Assembly (NCBI GenBank): GCA_043804635.1
Contig: JAZDIU010000079.1
Span: 1,125 to 65,124 of the forward strand
Source: Chloroflexota bacterium
GTDB lineage: Bacteria; Chloroflexota; Dehalococcoidia; Dehalococcoidales; UBA2162
Direction of reading: 5' to 3'
DNA: 64,000 nucleotides
This document shows positions 1 through 9,169 of the stretch, piece after piece. The position numbers were made by a program, and so were the translations under genes. The notes beneath the pieces are model-generated. The model did not search any database. It saw only the letters and a program-made list of their open reading frames with translations, and was not told the DNA's origin. The first letter of the stretch is position 1. Each line of letters starts with the position of its first letter.

Positions 1-1931
1 ATATCGGCTTTCTTGAGAGCAGGGGCATCGTTAACCCCGTCTCCGGTCATCGCAACGATGTGGCCTTTTTTGTTCAGAGCTTCTACGACGCGCATCTTGT
101 GAGCCGGAGAAACACGGGCATAAACTTCTATTTTTTCGACTACGGCGCCGAATTGCTCGTCACTCATTTCATCAAGCTCAGCGCCGGTAATAGCCATTCC
201 ATCTGTGAGGATACCAAGTTCGCGGGCGATAGCGACGGCCGTCAGCTTATGGTCGCCGGTTATCATTACCGATTTGATGCCAGCCTGGTGACAGATTCTG
301 ACGGCGTCCTTAACCTCTTCCCGCGGCGGGTCGATCATCCCGGCAAGTCCGACGAAGATCATTTCCCGCTCGATATTTTCATTGATGGTTACGTCTTCAG
401 GCAGCTTCTTGTATGACAGACCCAATACCCGGAGGGCATCGTTAGCCATTGAATGAGCGGCATTCAGGATTATTTCTCTGTCCTTATCGGTAAGTTCCTT
501 CTCCTTGCCGTCTGTGAAGATGTAGCGGCTGGAATTCAAGATTACTTCAGCGGCACCTTTGGCGTAAGCGATTTTACCCTGGGGTGATTGATGGACGGTA
601 GTCATTCTCTTAGTTTCCGATGAGAAAGGAATTTCACCGATGCGGGGCAACCTAGAGCTCAAGTCTTGTCGCCAGAGGCCAGCTTTAGCCGCCGCCACTA
701 CCAGAGCGCCTTCGGTGGGGTCGCCCTTTATTTCCCATGTGCCACCTTCTGAGTCAAGTGAAGTATCACTAGATAGACTGCCAATGGTAAGCAAAGTTAA
801 TAAACCCGGACTCGATTGAGGTGATAGCGCGACGCCGTTAACAGCAAATCCGCCCTTGGGTTCGTAGCCGGCGCCCGAGACATCGATTAGCTTACCATCG
901 ACGTACAGGCGGCGGACGGTCATCTGGTCCTGTGTCAGGGTGCCGGTCTTATCCGAGCAGATGACAGTCGTAGAACCGAGGGTTTCCACGGAAGGCAGTT
1001 TCCTTACCAGGGCGTGCCGTTTAACCATCTTCTGAACGCCCAAGGCGAGCGAAATGGTAACCACAGCCGGTAAGGCCTCAGGAACGGCGGCAACTGCCAG
1101 GCTTACTCCCCAAATAAGCATCTCGAGGACGGGATGTCCCCTAAGGACTCCCAATCCAGCGAGAATAAAACATAGTGCCAAAGCAGCGATTCCAATCCAT
1201 TTACCCATCTGGTTGAGGTTTTTCTGCAGGGGAGTTTGTTCCTCTTCCACTTCCTGAAGCATAGTGGCGATTTTGCCGAACTCGGTGTTCATACCGGTAG
1301 CGGTAACTACGGCGGTACCTCGGCCATAGACAGCGGCGGTGCCCATAAAGGCGGTGTTCCTCCTGTCGCCAACCCCGGCTTCAGCAGGGCAAGTTTTATC
1401 CGTTTTTTCTACAGGGAGTGACTCCCCGGTCAAAGGCGCCTCTTCGGTTTTCAAGTTAATCGATGCAATAAGGCGGGCATCGGCGGGTATTTTATCACCC
1501 GTTCTAAGGATAACGATATCGCCTGGGACCAGCTCTCTAGCCGGGACTTCTGTCTCTTTGCCGTCACGGATTACTGTGGCGGTAGGTGCCGCCATTTTCT
1601 TCAAGGCTTCCAAAGCTCGCTCGGCTCTATACTCCTGAATGAAACCGAGTCCCGCGGCAAAGACAACGATAATAGCAATGACGATGGCATCCGCTACTTC
1701 GCCCAGGATGGCAGATAGGACGACAGCTACCAGCAGAATAATGATGAGGAAATTTTTGAATTGTTCCAGGAAGATTGCCCAGGGTGAGATTTTCTTCTTT
1801 TCTACGAGTTCGTTGGGGCCGAATTCACCGAGACGGCGTTTGGCTTCTTCTTGACTTAAGCCAGCAGTACTTGTGTTTAACGTAGTTAGTACTTCTTGTG
1901 ACTCGAGGTTGTGCCAGTTTTTGTTTTTCAT
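1..1931 (-). CDS. P-type cation-transporting ATPase (type IIA, SERCA/PacL-like), 5' part only; the gene continues past the left window edge
   Basis: Absent from the ORF track because it has no stop in the window. Minus-strand translation from ATG 1931..1929 (GGGAGG SD overlapping the upstream stop) reads [11 protein letters not shown]..., then [15 protein letters not shown] (about 940-975), [13 protein letters not shown], and [17 protein letters not shown] at positions 1-50. Confidence 0.9.
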   Translation of the reverse strand, partial: MKNKNWHNLESQEVLTTLNTSTAGLSQEEAKRRLGEFGPNELVEKKKISPWAIFLEQFKNFLIIILLVAVVLSAILGEVADAIVIAIIVVFAAGLGFIQEYRAERALEALKKMAAPTATVIRDGKETEVPARELVPGDIVILRTGDKIPADARLIASINLKTEEAPLTGESLPVEKTDKTCPAEAGVGDRRNTAFMGTAAVYGRGTAVVTATGMNTEFGKIATMLQEVEEEQTPLQKNLNQMGKWIGIAALALCFILAGLGVLRGHPVLEMLIWGVSLAVAAVPEALPAVVTISLALGVQKMVKRHALVRKLPSVETLGSTTVICSDKTGTLTQDQMTVRRLYVDGKLIDVSGAGYEPKGGFAVNGVALSPQSSPGLLTLLTIGSLSSDTSLDSEGGTWEIKGDPTEGALVVAAAKAGLWRQDLSSRLPRIGEIPFSSETKRMTTVHQSPQGKIAYAKGAAEVILNSSRYIFTDGKEKELTDKDREIILNAAHSMANDALRVLGLSYKKLPEDVTINENIEREMIFVGLAGMIDPPREEVKDAVRICHQAGIKSVMITGDHKLTAVAIARELGILTDGMAITGAELDEMSDEQFGAVVEKIEVYARVSPAHKMRVVEALNKKGHIVAMTGDGVNDAPALKKAD

Positions 1932-1936
1932 CCTCC

Positions 1937-3073
1937 CTAGCCAAAAATAGGTACTAGCATCAGCATGATACCGCCAGCCACTACCGAAGCGATTTGACCG
2001 GCAACATTAGCTCCCATAGCATGCATGAGCAGGTGGTTATAAGGATTAGCTTCCAATCCTAACTTTTGAACAACGCGGCCCGACATCGGGAAAGCGGAAA
2101 TTCCACAAGCGCCAATCATCGGATTAATTTTTCTTCCTGAGAGGGCGCTCATTATCTTGCCGAGAAGAACACCGGCGACGGTATCCAGGCTGAATGCAAA
2201 TACTCCAAGAGCAAATACTAAAATAGTCTCGGCTTTCAAGAATTCCGTACCTGACATCATCCCACCCACAGTGATACCGAGCAGGATAGTTACGATATTA
2301 GCCATTTCTTTCTGGGCAGTCTCAGAAAGGTTCTTAACTACTCCGGATTCTCGTAATAGGTTACCGAACATAAGAGCTCCGATAAGCGGCGTAGCTTTGG
2401 GAGCAATAAGACCTGTTACCAGGGTGGTGATAATCGGAAAGAGAATCTTGATTCTTTGAGAAATGGCTCCCTTGACCATTGGCATTTTAATAGACCTTTC
2501 TGCTTTGGAACACAATGCTCTTATTATCGGTGGTTGGATAATAGGAACCAGAGCCATATAAGAGTAAGCAGCAACAACGATAGGGGCGATGTATTTGGAC
2601 TGAAGAATGGTAGAAACATAAATCGAGGTGGGGCCGTCAGCTGAACCGATAATACCGATAGAAGCCGCATCTTTGAAACTGAAATCAAGGATATGAAGCC
2701 AGCCATCGCCCAGTAGATAAGCCAGGAAAAAGGTGCCGAAAATGCCGAACTGTGCGGCGGCGCCAAGAAAGATAGTATAAGGCCGCTGCAAAAAGGATTC
2801 GAAATCAATCATCGCGCCGACGCCAATAAAGATTAGCAGGGGGAATATTTCAGTGTGAATACCGGCGTCCCTCAAGATAGCTAAAAATCCGCCTTTATCG
2901 GCGACTCCACTCAATGGTAGATTAGCCAGTAAACAACCGGTGCCGATAGGGATAAGCAGGACCGGCTCGACTTTTTTAGCAATTCCCAGCCAGATAAGAA
3001 TACCGCCGATAACTAGCATAACGGCAAATTGCCAGTTCAGATTGAGGAAGCCGAGAAATTCGCCTATGCTCAT
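1937..3073 (-). CDS. Na+-translocating decarboxylase, beta (membrane pump) subunit, OadB/GcdB/MmdB family
   Basis: 378-aa polytopic membrane ORF. Its sequence (MSIGEFLGFLNLNW..., ...GSADGPTSIY..., ...ACGISAFPMSGR...) matches my memory of the OadB family. It is preceded by an OadG-like gene and a biotin-carrier gene. Confidence 0.85.
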   Translation of the reverse strand: MSIGEFLGFLNLNWQFAVMLVIGGILIWLGIAKKVEPVLLIPIGTGCLLANLPLSGVADKGGFLAILRDAGIHTEIFPLLIFIGVGAMIDFESFLQRPYTIFLGAAAQFGIFGTFFLAYLLGDGWLHILDFSFKDAASIGIIGSADGPTSIYVSTILQSKYIAPIVVAAYSYMALVPIIQPPIIRALCSKAERSIKMPMVKGAISQRIKILFPIITTLVTGLIAPKATPLIGALMFGNLLRESGVVKNLSETAQKEMANIVTILLGITVGGMMSGTEFLKAETILVFALGVFAFSLDTVAGVLLGKIMSALSGRKINPMIGACGISAFPMSGRVVQKLGLEANPYNHLLMHAMGANVAGQIASVVAGGIMLMLVPIFG

Positions 3074-3204
3074 GGTTTGTTAGACTCCTGCTTCTTTTCG
3101 GCTGGAACAAATTTTTTAGCCAGAACCATAGCCAGCCACAGTATGGCAAGGACGACAAAAATGATTGCCATACCGGAAACGACTAACCAGAGAGCGTTTA
3201 GCAT
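3070..3204 (-). CDS. Small single-TM protein, OadG-like (gamma/delta subunit of Na+-decarboxylases), 44 aa
   Basis: Below the ORF-track size cutoff. ATG at 3204..3202 follows GAGAGGAA. It translates to MLNALWLVVSGMAIIFVVLAILWLAMVLAKKFVPAEKKQESNKP. Its TGA overlaps the ATG of the beta subunit (ATGA). Confidence 0.5.
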   Translation of the reverse strand: MLNALWLVVSGMAIIFVVLAILWLAMVLAKKFVPAEKKQESNKP

Positions 3205-3242
3205 TTAAATTCCTCTCAAAATGCTGAAGAAGGATATGATAT

Positions 3243-3464
3243 TCAATACTCCACGACTGCCAGCAAATCGCCCGATTTAACTACCTGACCTGCCGAGACT
3301 TTGATTTCGGTAACAGTACCGGTAACGGGGGTCAGGATGGGATTTTCCATCTTCATCGATTCCAGCATCAGAAGAGTATCGCCTTCGTTGACTTTAGCGC
3401 CTACTTTAACAGTAACGCTAGTTACCGTGCCCGGGATGGGGGCTTCTATCATTTCTTTAGCCAT
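3243..3464 (-). CDS. Biotin carboxyl-carrier (biotinyl/lipoyl attachment) domain protein, 73 aa
   Basis: Biotinylation motif LESMKMENPI within a typical about 70-aa barrel-sandwich hybrid domain. AAAGGAG SD upstream. Confidence 0.8.
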   Translation of the reverse strand: MAKEMIEAPIPGTVTSVTVKVGAKVNEGDTLLMLESMKMENPILTPVTGTVTEIKVSAGQVVKSGDLLAVVEY

Positions 3465-3520
3465 TTGAGCTCCTTTTCTTAAGACTATTGTGAATATATT
3501 ACCATTTGTTGAACTGCATA

Positions 3521-3550
3521 AAAAGGGGGAAGTTTTTAGCTCCCCCCTTT
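3521..3550 (-). terminator. Intrinsic terminator after clpC
   Basis: Minus-strand RNA AAAGGGGGGAGCUAAAAACUUCCCCCUUUUU: a G/C stem followed by a U run, 40 nt after the clpC stop. Confidence 0.55.
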
Positions 3551-3589
3551 CTGAACTGGTTATTTTGGTATTTTCATTATGCGTTGATT

Positions 3590-6277
3590 CTAATGCTTAT
3601 TCTCTCCAGACAGCGCACCAACGGCTTCCGCCTCCAATGTTCCCTCAGTTGTTTTGATTACAATTTTATTATCTTCTACGTCGACCAAAGCCTTGGGATT
3701 ATAGTTAGCAATTTCTGTTTTTACCAAAAAGCCGCCATTGTCTTGGATTGCCTTTTCTACCTCAGCTTTCACATCTTTAGAGCAGGAAACAACCAGTAAA
3801 TTTCTAGTTTTTTCTGCATTTAGGACTCCGTTTATTGCCTTGACAGCATCAACGATACCTGAAGAAAGGTTGGTTATTTCAGCCTTTATTTCATAGAATT
3901 TAAATTCGCTTCGAAGCACGGCGTCTGATAACCTATCTTCGATCATATTTTGAATAACCCGGCGGAGAGGTCTGGCTCCGTAAGCCTGGTCGTAGCCTTT
4001 CTCGCCCAGAAAATCTTTGGCGGCATCGGTGATTATTAGCTTGATTCCCTTTTCAGCCAGTTGTTTGGTGGCGGGGACCAGCATCAGGTCTACTATCTGG
4101 CGGATATGTTCTTTAGTCAGAGAATGGAAGACCGCCACACTATCGATTCGGTTTAGGAATTCGGGGCGGAATCGCCTCTTCAATTCCTCGAGCAGTTTAT
4201 CTTTCATCCGTTCATAGTCTACCTGCTGAGCTTTGGCTTCGTCAGTGCGGGCGGCAAAGCCGATAGTACTGCCTTTTCTGATAAGCTCAGAACCGATGTT
4301 GCTGGTCATAACGATGATACTGTTCCGGAAGTCTACGCGGCGTCCCCTGGCATCGGTCAGGTGACCGTCGTCGAATATCTGTAACAGTATGTTAAAGACG
4401 TCTTCGTGCGCCTTTTCAATTTCGTCGAGAAGGATACAGCAGTAGGACTTGCGTCTCACTGCCTCAGTTAGCTGACCGCCTTCGTCATAACCGACGTATC
4501 CGGGAGGTGCACCGACTAGCCGGGACACGGCGAACTTCTCCATAAATTCGGACATATCCAGTCGAATCAAGGCATCCTCTTTACCGAACATAAACTCAGA
4601 TAAGGCTCTGACTAACTCGGTCTTACCGACGCCGGTTGGTCCGAGGAAGATGAAGACACCGATTGGGTGCCTCGGGTCTTTGAGTCCGGCCCGGGCCCTT
4701 CGGACTGCCTTAGCCACCACCTCGATAGCTTCATCCTGACCGATAATACGCTTATGTAACGCTTCTTCCATGTGAAGCAAGCGAGCGGTCTCATCTTCAC
4801 TTAGTTGAACCAGAGGAATACCCATCCACATACTGACTACCTCAGCAATATCTTCAGATTTTACGATGGGTTTCTCGTGCTCTTGTTCGGTGTGCCACTC
4901 GGTCTCGTCTTTCTTTATTTTTTCTTCAATCTGAAGCTCACGTTGGCGCAGTTCGGCGGCATAGTCATATTGTTGGTTAGCTAATGCAGCTTCTTTATCA
5001 GAGCGCGTTTTCTCAAGAAGACGCTTAGCTTCTTTTAGTGTGATAGGCGTTGCCCGATGTCTGAGCTTCACCCTCGATGAAGCCTCGTCAATAAGGTCGA
5101 TGGCTTTATCGGGTAAAAAGCGGTCGGGGATATACCTGGACGCCATATTTACTGCCGAGCTAAGAGCTTCGTCACTTATGGTAAGTTTGTGATGTTCCTC
5201 ATAGCGCTCTTTAATACCACGCAAAATTTCCAGGCTAAGCTCAACGTCCGGCTCTTCCACCAGCACGGGCTGGAAGCGGCGTTCCAGAGCGGCATCACGC
5301 TCAACGTGTTTGCGGTAATCATCCAGAGTAGTAGCGCCGATGCACTGGAGTTCTCCTCTTGCCAGCGATGGTTTGAGAATACTAGCCGCATCCACAGCAC
5401 CTTCAGCGGCGCCGGCCCCGACTATGGTGTGGAACTCATCGATAAACAGAATGCAGTTTCCGGCAGCTTTCAGTTCTTCAATTATCTTCTTGAGGCGCTC
5501 TTCGAATTCACCACGGTACTTTGTCCCTGCGACCACACCTGCCATATCGAGGCTCAGTATTCTTTTGTTTTCGATGGTATCGGGGACATCGCCGGAGGCT
5601 ATTCGGTGTGCCAAGCCTTCCACGATAGCTGTTTTACCGACACCCGGCTCACCGATTAAGGCAGGATTGTTCTTAGTGCGGCGGCTCAGGATTTGAATCA
5701 CCCGCTCGATTTCTTTAGCTCGCCCGATAACCGGGTCGAGCTTGCCGGAGCGAGCGAGAGCCGTAAGGTCGGTACTCAACTGGTCAAGAGCGGGGGTGTG
5801 ACTGGTGGTGCGGGTGGTCCGGGCTTTGGGAACGCTCTGGCTGAGGACGCGGGCAATTTCAGCACGCACCTGCTCGAATGTAAGACCGAAACTGCTCAGG
5901 ACGGTAGCGGCGACTCCTTCGCCTTCGTGGAGTAGTCCTAAGAGTAGATGTTCGGTTCCGATGTAGTTGTGGCCGAACTGGCGAGCTTCGTCAATGGCTA
6001 ATTCAATGACTTTCTTGGCTCTGGGGGTAAGTCCGATTTCACCAGCCAACGGTTTATCGCCACGGCCGATAATGAATTCAACGGCGGAGCGCACTTTACT
6101 GGGGCTGATTCCCAGGTTGATGAGGACTTTAGCGGCAACTCCCTCGCCCTCCCTAACCAGTCCGAGCAGAATATGCTCAGTGCCGATGTATCCGTGATTG
6201 AACTGCCGGGCTTCTTCCTGGGCTAGCGTCAGAACTCTACGAGCTCGCTCCGAGAACTTTTCAAACTGGCTTGCCAT
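3590..6277 (-). CDS. clpC: ClpC-type AAA+ unfoldase (two Clp_N repeats, two AAA+ modules, UVR-like middle motif) with an extra insertion of about 70 aa near the C-terminus
   Basis: [21 protein letters not shown] / [21 protein letters not shown]; Walker A GEPGVGKT and GPTGVGKT; [16 protein letters not shown]-like segment; IGF tripeptide (GSTIGFAAR). Confidence 0.9.
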   Translation of the reverse strand: MASQFEKFSERARRVLTLAQEEARQFNHGYIGTEHILLGLVREGEGVAAKVLINLGISPSKVRSAVEFIIGRGDKPLAGEIGLTPRAKKVIELAIDEARQFGHNYIGTEHLLLGLLHEGEGVAATVLSSFGLTFEQVRAEIARVLSQSVPKARTTRTTSHTPALDQLSTDLTALARSGKLDPVIGRAKEIERVIQILSRRTKNNPALIGEPGVGKTAIVEGLAHRIASGDVPDTIENKRILSLDMAGVVAGTKYRGEFEERLKKIIEELKAAGNCILFIDEFHTIVGAGAAEGAVDAASILKPSLARGELQCIGATTLDDYRKHVERDAALERRFQPVLVEEPDVELSLEILRGIKERYEEHHKLTISDEALSSAVNMASRYIPDRFLPDKAIDLIDEASSRVKLRHRATPITLKEAKRLLEKTRSDKEAALANQQYDYAAELRQRELQIEEKIKKDETEWHTEQEHEKPIVKSEDIAEVVSMWMGIPLVQLSEDETARLLHMEEALHKRIIGQDEAIEVVAKAVRRARAGLKDPRHPIGVFIFLGPTGVGKTELVRALSEFMFGKEDALIRLDMSEFMEKFAVSRLVGAPPGYVGYDEGGQLTEAVRRKSYCCILLDEIEKAHEDVFNILLQIFDDGHLTDARGRRVDFRNSIIVMTSNIGSELIRKGSTIGFAARTDEAKAQQVDYERMKDKLLEELKRRFRPEFLNRIDSVAVFHSLTKEHIRQIVDLMLVPATKQLAEKGIKLIITDAAKDFLGEKGYDQAYGARPLRRVIQNMIEDRLSDAVLRSEFKFYEIKAEITNLSSGIVDAVKAINGVLNAEKTRNLLVVSCSKDVKAEVEKAIQDNGGFLVKTEIANYNPKALVDVEDNKIVIKTTEGTLEAEAVGALSGENKH

Positions 6278-6320
6278 CTTCCCTCTAAATGCCTCCTGAC
6301 CGGGACAAGACTATAATATT

Positions 6321-6350
6321 ATTATAAGGCAACCCGAGGGCAGGGGTCAA
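6321..6350 (-). promoter_or_regulatory. Candidate sigma70-type promoter for clpC
   Basis: Minus strand TTGACC (6350..6345), 18 nt spacer, TATAAT (6326..6321), about 40 nt upstream of the clpC ATG. Confidence 0.45.
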
Positions 6351-6360
6351 ACTAATTTAA

Positions 6361-6485
6361 GCCTCCTGGCAGTGGCATATTTTCCACAAGGGGGTGTCCC
6401 CTCAGTATCGTCTGCGCTGGGGCGTTTCACTTCCGTGTTCGGGATGGGAACGGGTGGTACCACCTCGCTCTAACCACCAGGAGGC
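6361..6485 (-). rRNA. rrf: 5S ribosomal RNA
   Basis: The minus strand reads GCCTCCTGGTGG...CCACCCGTTCCCATCCCGAACACGGAAGTGAAACGCCCCAGCGCAGACGATACTG...CCAGGAGGC. This shows the hallmark CCGAACACGGAAGTGAAAC loop-B/helix-III region and a 9-bp terminal helix (GCCUCCUGG/CCAGGAGGC). Confidence 0.85.
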
Positions 6486-6559
6486 TCTGGCTAATCTATC
6501 ATCTTATGTTAAAGTATGGTGCCTGAATAACTATCTGATTCAATCAGGCAAGTTTTAAT

Positions 6560-6588
6560 AGTCTAGCATATATTCAAAAACGGGTCAA
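6560..6588 (-). promoter_or_regulatory. Candidate promoter for the 5S rRNA
   Basis: Minus strand TTGACC (6588..6583), 17 nt spacer, TAGACT (6565..6560), which predicts a leader of about 70 nt before the mature 5S 5' end. Confidence 0.4.
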
Positions 6589-6767
6589 GCCTTCTAAGAG
6601 CAATCAGCAGTCAGCTATCAGCAATGTAATTAATACTTACCATTCAGTTGAAGAACTTGTCCCGTACTTGATACTGGAACGGAATCCGGACCTCTTCTCT
6701 CTGTCACTCTCTCCCCATTGGTAGGCTCAGGATAAAAACTCCGCCAGAATCAGGCTTCTCCTCACTC

Positions 6768-6792
6768 GTCATTCCAGCAAAGGCTGGAATCC
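6768..6792. repeat. Short palindromic intergenic repeat (GTCATTCCrGC...GCyGGAATCC type)
   Basis: gtcattccagcaaaggctggaatcc. A second copy in the opposite orientation lies at 56998-57022 (ggattccggcttccgccggaatgac). It explains the spurious ORF 6704..6895. Confidence 0.6.
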
Positions 6793-6880
6793 ATGTGGGA
6801 TGGAGTATTATAGTATTGGTATGTATTTGTAGTATTTCCTTGATTGCTGATTGCTTGGATAAGGTTGTAGAATACACGAT

Positions 6881-7888
6881 ATGATTACTAAACACAGACC
6901 ATTAATCGCTATTACTATGGGAGACGCTGCCGGAATCGGGCCGGAAATAATTGTAAAAGCTCTTCGCTCCCGCCAAATTTACAAAGTATGCCGTCCGATG
7001 GTGATCGGGGAAAGCAATACAATTTCCTCAGTCCTTAAGCTACTTGATAGCCAGCTTAAATTGCATCCCTTAGAAAAGCCGGATGAAGTACTGGGGAACT
7101 TTGGCACCATCGACCTCCTCGGCTTACATAATCTCCAACCGAAAGAAGGTACCATCGGTAAGGTGTGTAAAGCCTGCGGCAGAGCGGCTATGGAATTTAT
7201 CGCCAAAGCCGCCGAGTTGGCTATGAATAAAGAAGTCCAAGCTATAGTAACCGCTCCTATCAGCAAAGAAGCGACAATCGAAGCCGGATATGGAGATGTC
7301 GGTCACCTCGAGTTCCTGGCTCGACTCAGTCATTCTAAAGAATACGCCACGATGCTGGTTGCCGGCTCTCTGCGAACTGTCCATCTCTCTACCCACCATT
7401 CTTTAAAAGATGCCTGCAATCTAGTGACCAAGCAGAGAATTCTGTCTAAGATAAGGCTGACCGACCGTTCGTTCCGACAATGGGGAGTTACCCGCCCCCG
7501 TATCGCCGTTGCCGCACTTAATCCCCATGCCGGTGAAGGTGGTCTCTTCGGTTCAGAAGAAATTAAGCAGATTACACCGGCAGTAAAACAAGCACAAAAG
7601 CTGGGCATAGATGCTCGGGGACCTTTCCCGGCAGATTCAGTCTTCACACGTGCTCTCAACGGTGAGTTCGATGTAGTCCTGGCTATGTACCACGACCAGG
7701 GGCATATTCCCATAAAGGTGCATAACTTCGAAAAAAGCGTCAGCGTTGCCCTGGGATTACCGTTCATCAGGACTTCGGTCGACCACGGTACTGCCTTCGA
7801 TATTGCCGGTAAAGGCATCGCCGATTCTCAGAGTCTTGAAGAGGCGATAAAAATAGCCGTGAATCTCGTGACGGGAAAACTCCCATAA
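6881..7888 (+). CDS. pdxA: PdxA-family 4-hydroxythreonine-4-phosphate dehydrogenase
   Basis: 335 aa. Contains ITMGDAAGIGPEI, ...NPHAGEGG..., ...YHDQGHIP..., ...TSVDHGTAFDIAGKG..., typical of the PdxA family. Confidence 0.85.
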   Translation: MITKHRPLIAITMGDAAGIGPEIIVKALRSRQIYKVCRPMVIGESNTISSVLKLLDSQLKLHPLEKPDEVLGNFGTIDLLGLHNLQPKEGTIGKVCKACGRAAMEFIAKAAELAMNKEVQAIVTAPISKEATIEAGYGDVGHLEFLARLSHSKEYATMLVAGSLRTVHLSTHHSLKDACNLVTKQRILSKIRLTDRSFRQWGVTRPRIAVAALNPHAGEGGLFGSEEIKQITPAVKQAQKLGIDARGPFPADSVFTRALNGEFDVVLAMYHDQGHIPIKVHNFEKSVSVALGLPFIRTSVDHGTAFDIAGKGIADSQSLEEAIKIAVNLVTGKLP

Positions 7889-7890
7889 TC

Positions 7891-7927
7891 GGGAAGAGTT
7901 TTAGAGAGGGGCTTAGTCCCCTCTCTT
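7891..7927. repeat. REP-like hairpin, family GGGARAGTYTNAGAGAGGGGC...GCCCCTCTCT; probably also the pdxA terminator
   Basis: gggaagagttttagagaggggcttagtcccctctctt. Related copies lie at 15279-15311, 18246-18279 and (partial, reversed) 46196-46215. Confidence 0.6.
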
Positions 7928-8137
7928 ATCTTTCGCTCCGCTTCCCTTACTGAGGTGAGTGATAAGGTCATGATGGGTGATCCGGCTATTAGCCAAATTT
8001 TAGCCCTGGAATTGCGGAGACCATTGCTCCCGCTAGTTCTAGTATGATTTGAGACGTAGTCGAACTCTAGGTTGCTATGATTGTCCACAAATAGGGAATT
8101 TTACTGGAGATGGCAATAATTTATAACAACACTTGCA

Positions 8138-9169
8138 TTATTGTAAAGCTTGATATTTTGTAGTTGATATGCCCGCTTTTTCAAAGAGAAGTCGTATTTG
8201 TTGTAGCTCGTCATTACTCGGGCTGCGACCAAGACCAAAAAAGCCGAATCCACGATAGTCATTCGGTTTAGGATTTTCAGTGATAGTCCATATAGCAAAC
8301 TGTTGAATTCTAAATGGCTGTGTTTGAAAATCAGGAAGGTTCGTAAGTAATAAAATATCTGGAGAAACTGCCGACTCTCTAATAGTTAGCTTTTCACTTT
8401 CTCCAGGAACATCGCGTTCCATATCCATACAAGCCGTATTAATATAAGGCTGGCTTTTTTGATGCGGGTTTAGCAATATGTTTGTACTCGTTAAAGCTAT
8501 TAACCTTTGGTCTGAGGTGGACTGTGGAAAAAACATTGTCCCAGGTCTAATAACGATTCTAAGATACTTGTCAGTAGTAGATGTAACAGTTAAGTGAATG
8601 GTATCCATTGTGTGTTTTCCCTGAGCACTAACGTCAACAAGTCCCCTGTTCAATCCTTCGACTAACCCCACACTTACCAGTTCGACAGTGAACTTTGAGC
8701 TCATTGCTCCTACACTTGCATTATAAGTGGCCGGAGACTTCTTTATTCCTTGGAATGGTTCAGTTTCTAAACCTTTGATTTTAATCCCAACGTCGTCTAC
8801 GAATGTATCTAAACTGCCTGAAGGGGATAGAAAGCTTTCTGTTATATTAGCAGATGATTGCGTTGGGTGAGTCGATAAAAAACTAGTCAACAACTCAAAA
8901 GTAACTTTTTCGTTACTTTTCGCAGCAATCTTGATTTTCTTTTTCTCTAAAGATGTTCCATCTATATTAAGGTTTGCCAGATAAACACTTTCACTGCTGC
9001 CAGAATTATGCACCGTTGCAGTAATCGTGACTACTTCTCCTGCCGCAGCTTCTTTCGGCTCAGCATCAAAAGTTAATACTTCGAATTTTGATTGTCCGCA
9101 AGCAGCGAATGTTAGTACGAGAGAAATAGCAACCAGGAATATACAAAAATTGATTTTGTACTTCTTCAT
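8138..9169 (-). CDS. Lipoprotein of unknown function with an N-terminal CARDB-like beta-sandwich segment
   Basis: Signal peptide plus lipobox (LVLTFAAC). The segment EVVTITATVHNSGSSESVYLANLNIDG...KVTFEL resembles CARDB. The gene is visibly more AT-rich than its neighbours (by eye, not computed). Confidence 0.65.
   Translation of the reverse strand: MKKYKINFCIFLVAISLVLTFAACGQSKFEVLTFDAEPKEAAAGEVVTITATVHNSGSSESVYLANLNIDGTSLEKKKIKIAAKSNEKVTFELLTSFLSTHPTQSSANITESFLSPSGSLDTFVDDVGIKIKGLETEPFQGIKKSPATYNASVGAMSSKFTVELVSVGLVEGLNRGLVDVSAQGKHTMDTIHLTVTSTTDKYLRIVIRPGTMFFPQSTSDQRLIALTSTNILLNPHQKSQPYINTACMDMERDVPGESEKLTIRESAVSPDILLLTNLPDFQTQPFRIQQFAIWTITENPKPNDYRGFGFFGLGRSPSNDELQQIRLLFEKAGISTTKYQALQ

Noticed and set aside
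60-1854. Several plus-strand ORFs (60..416, 1054..1257, 1339..1638, 1639..1854)
   Set aside because: All are antisense to the P-type ATPase. The ATPase reads through this region on the minus strand with canonical motifs.
6704-6895. 63-aa ORF containing ...IPAFAGMTSEE...
   Set aside because: It is the translation of a palindromic intergenic repeat (GTCATTCCAGCAAAGGCTGGAATCC). It also overlaps the pdxA start.
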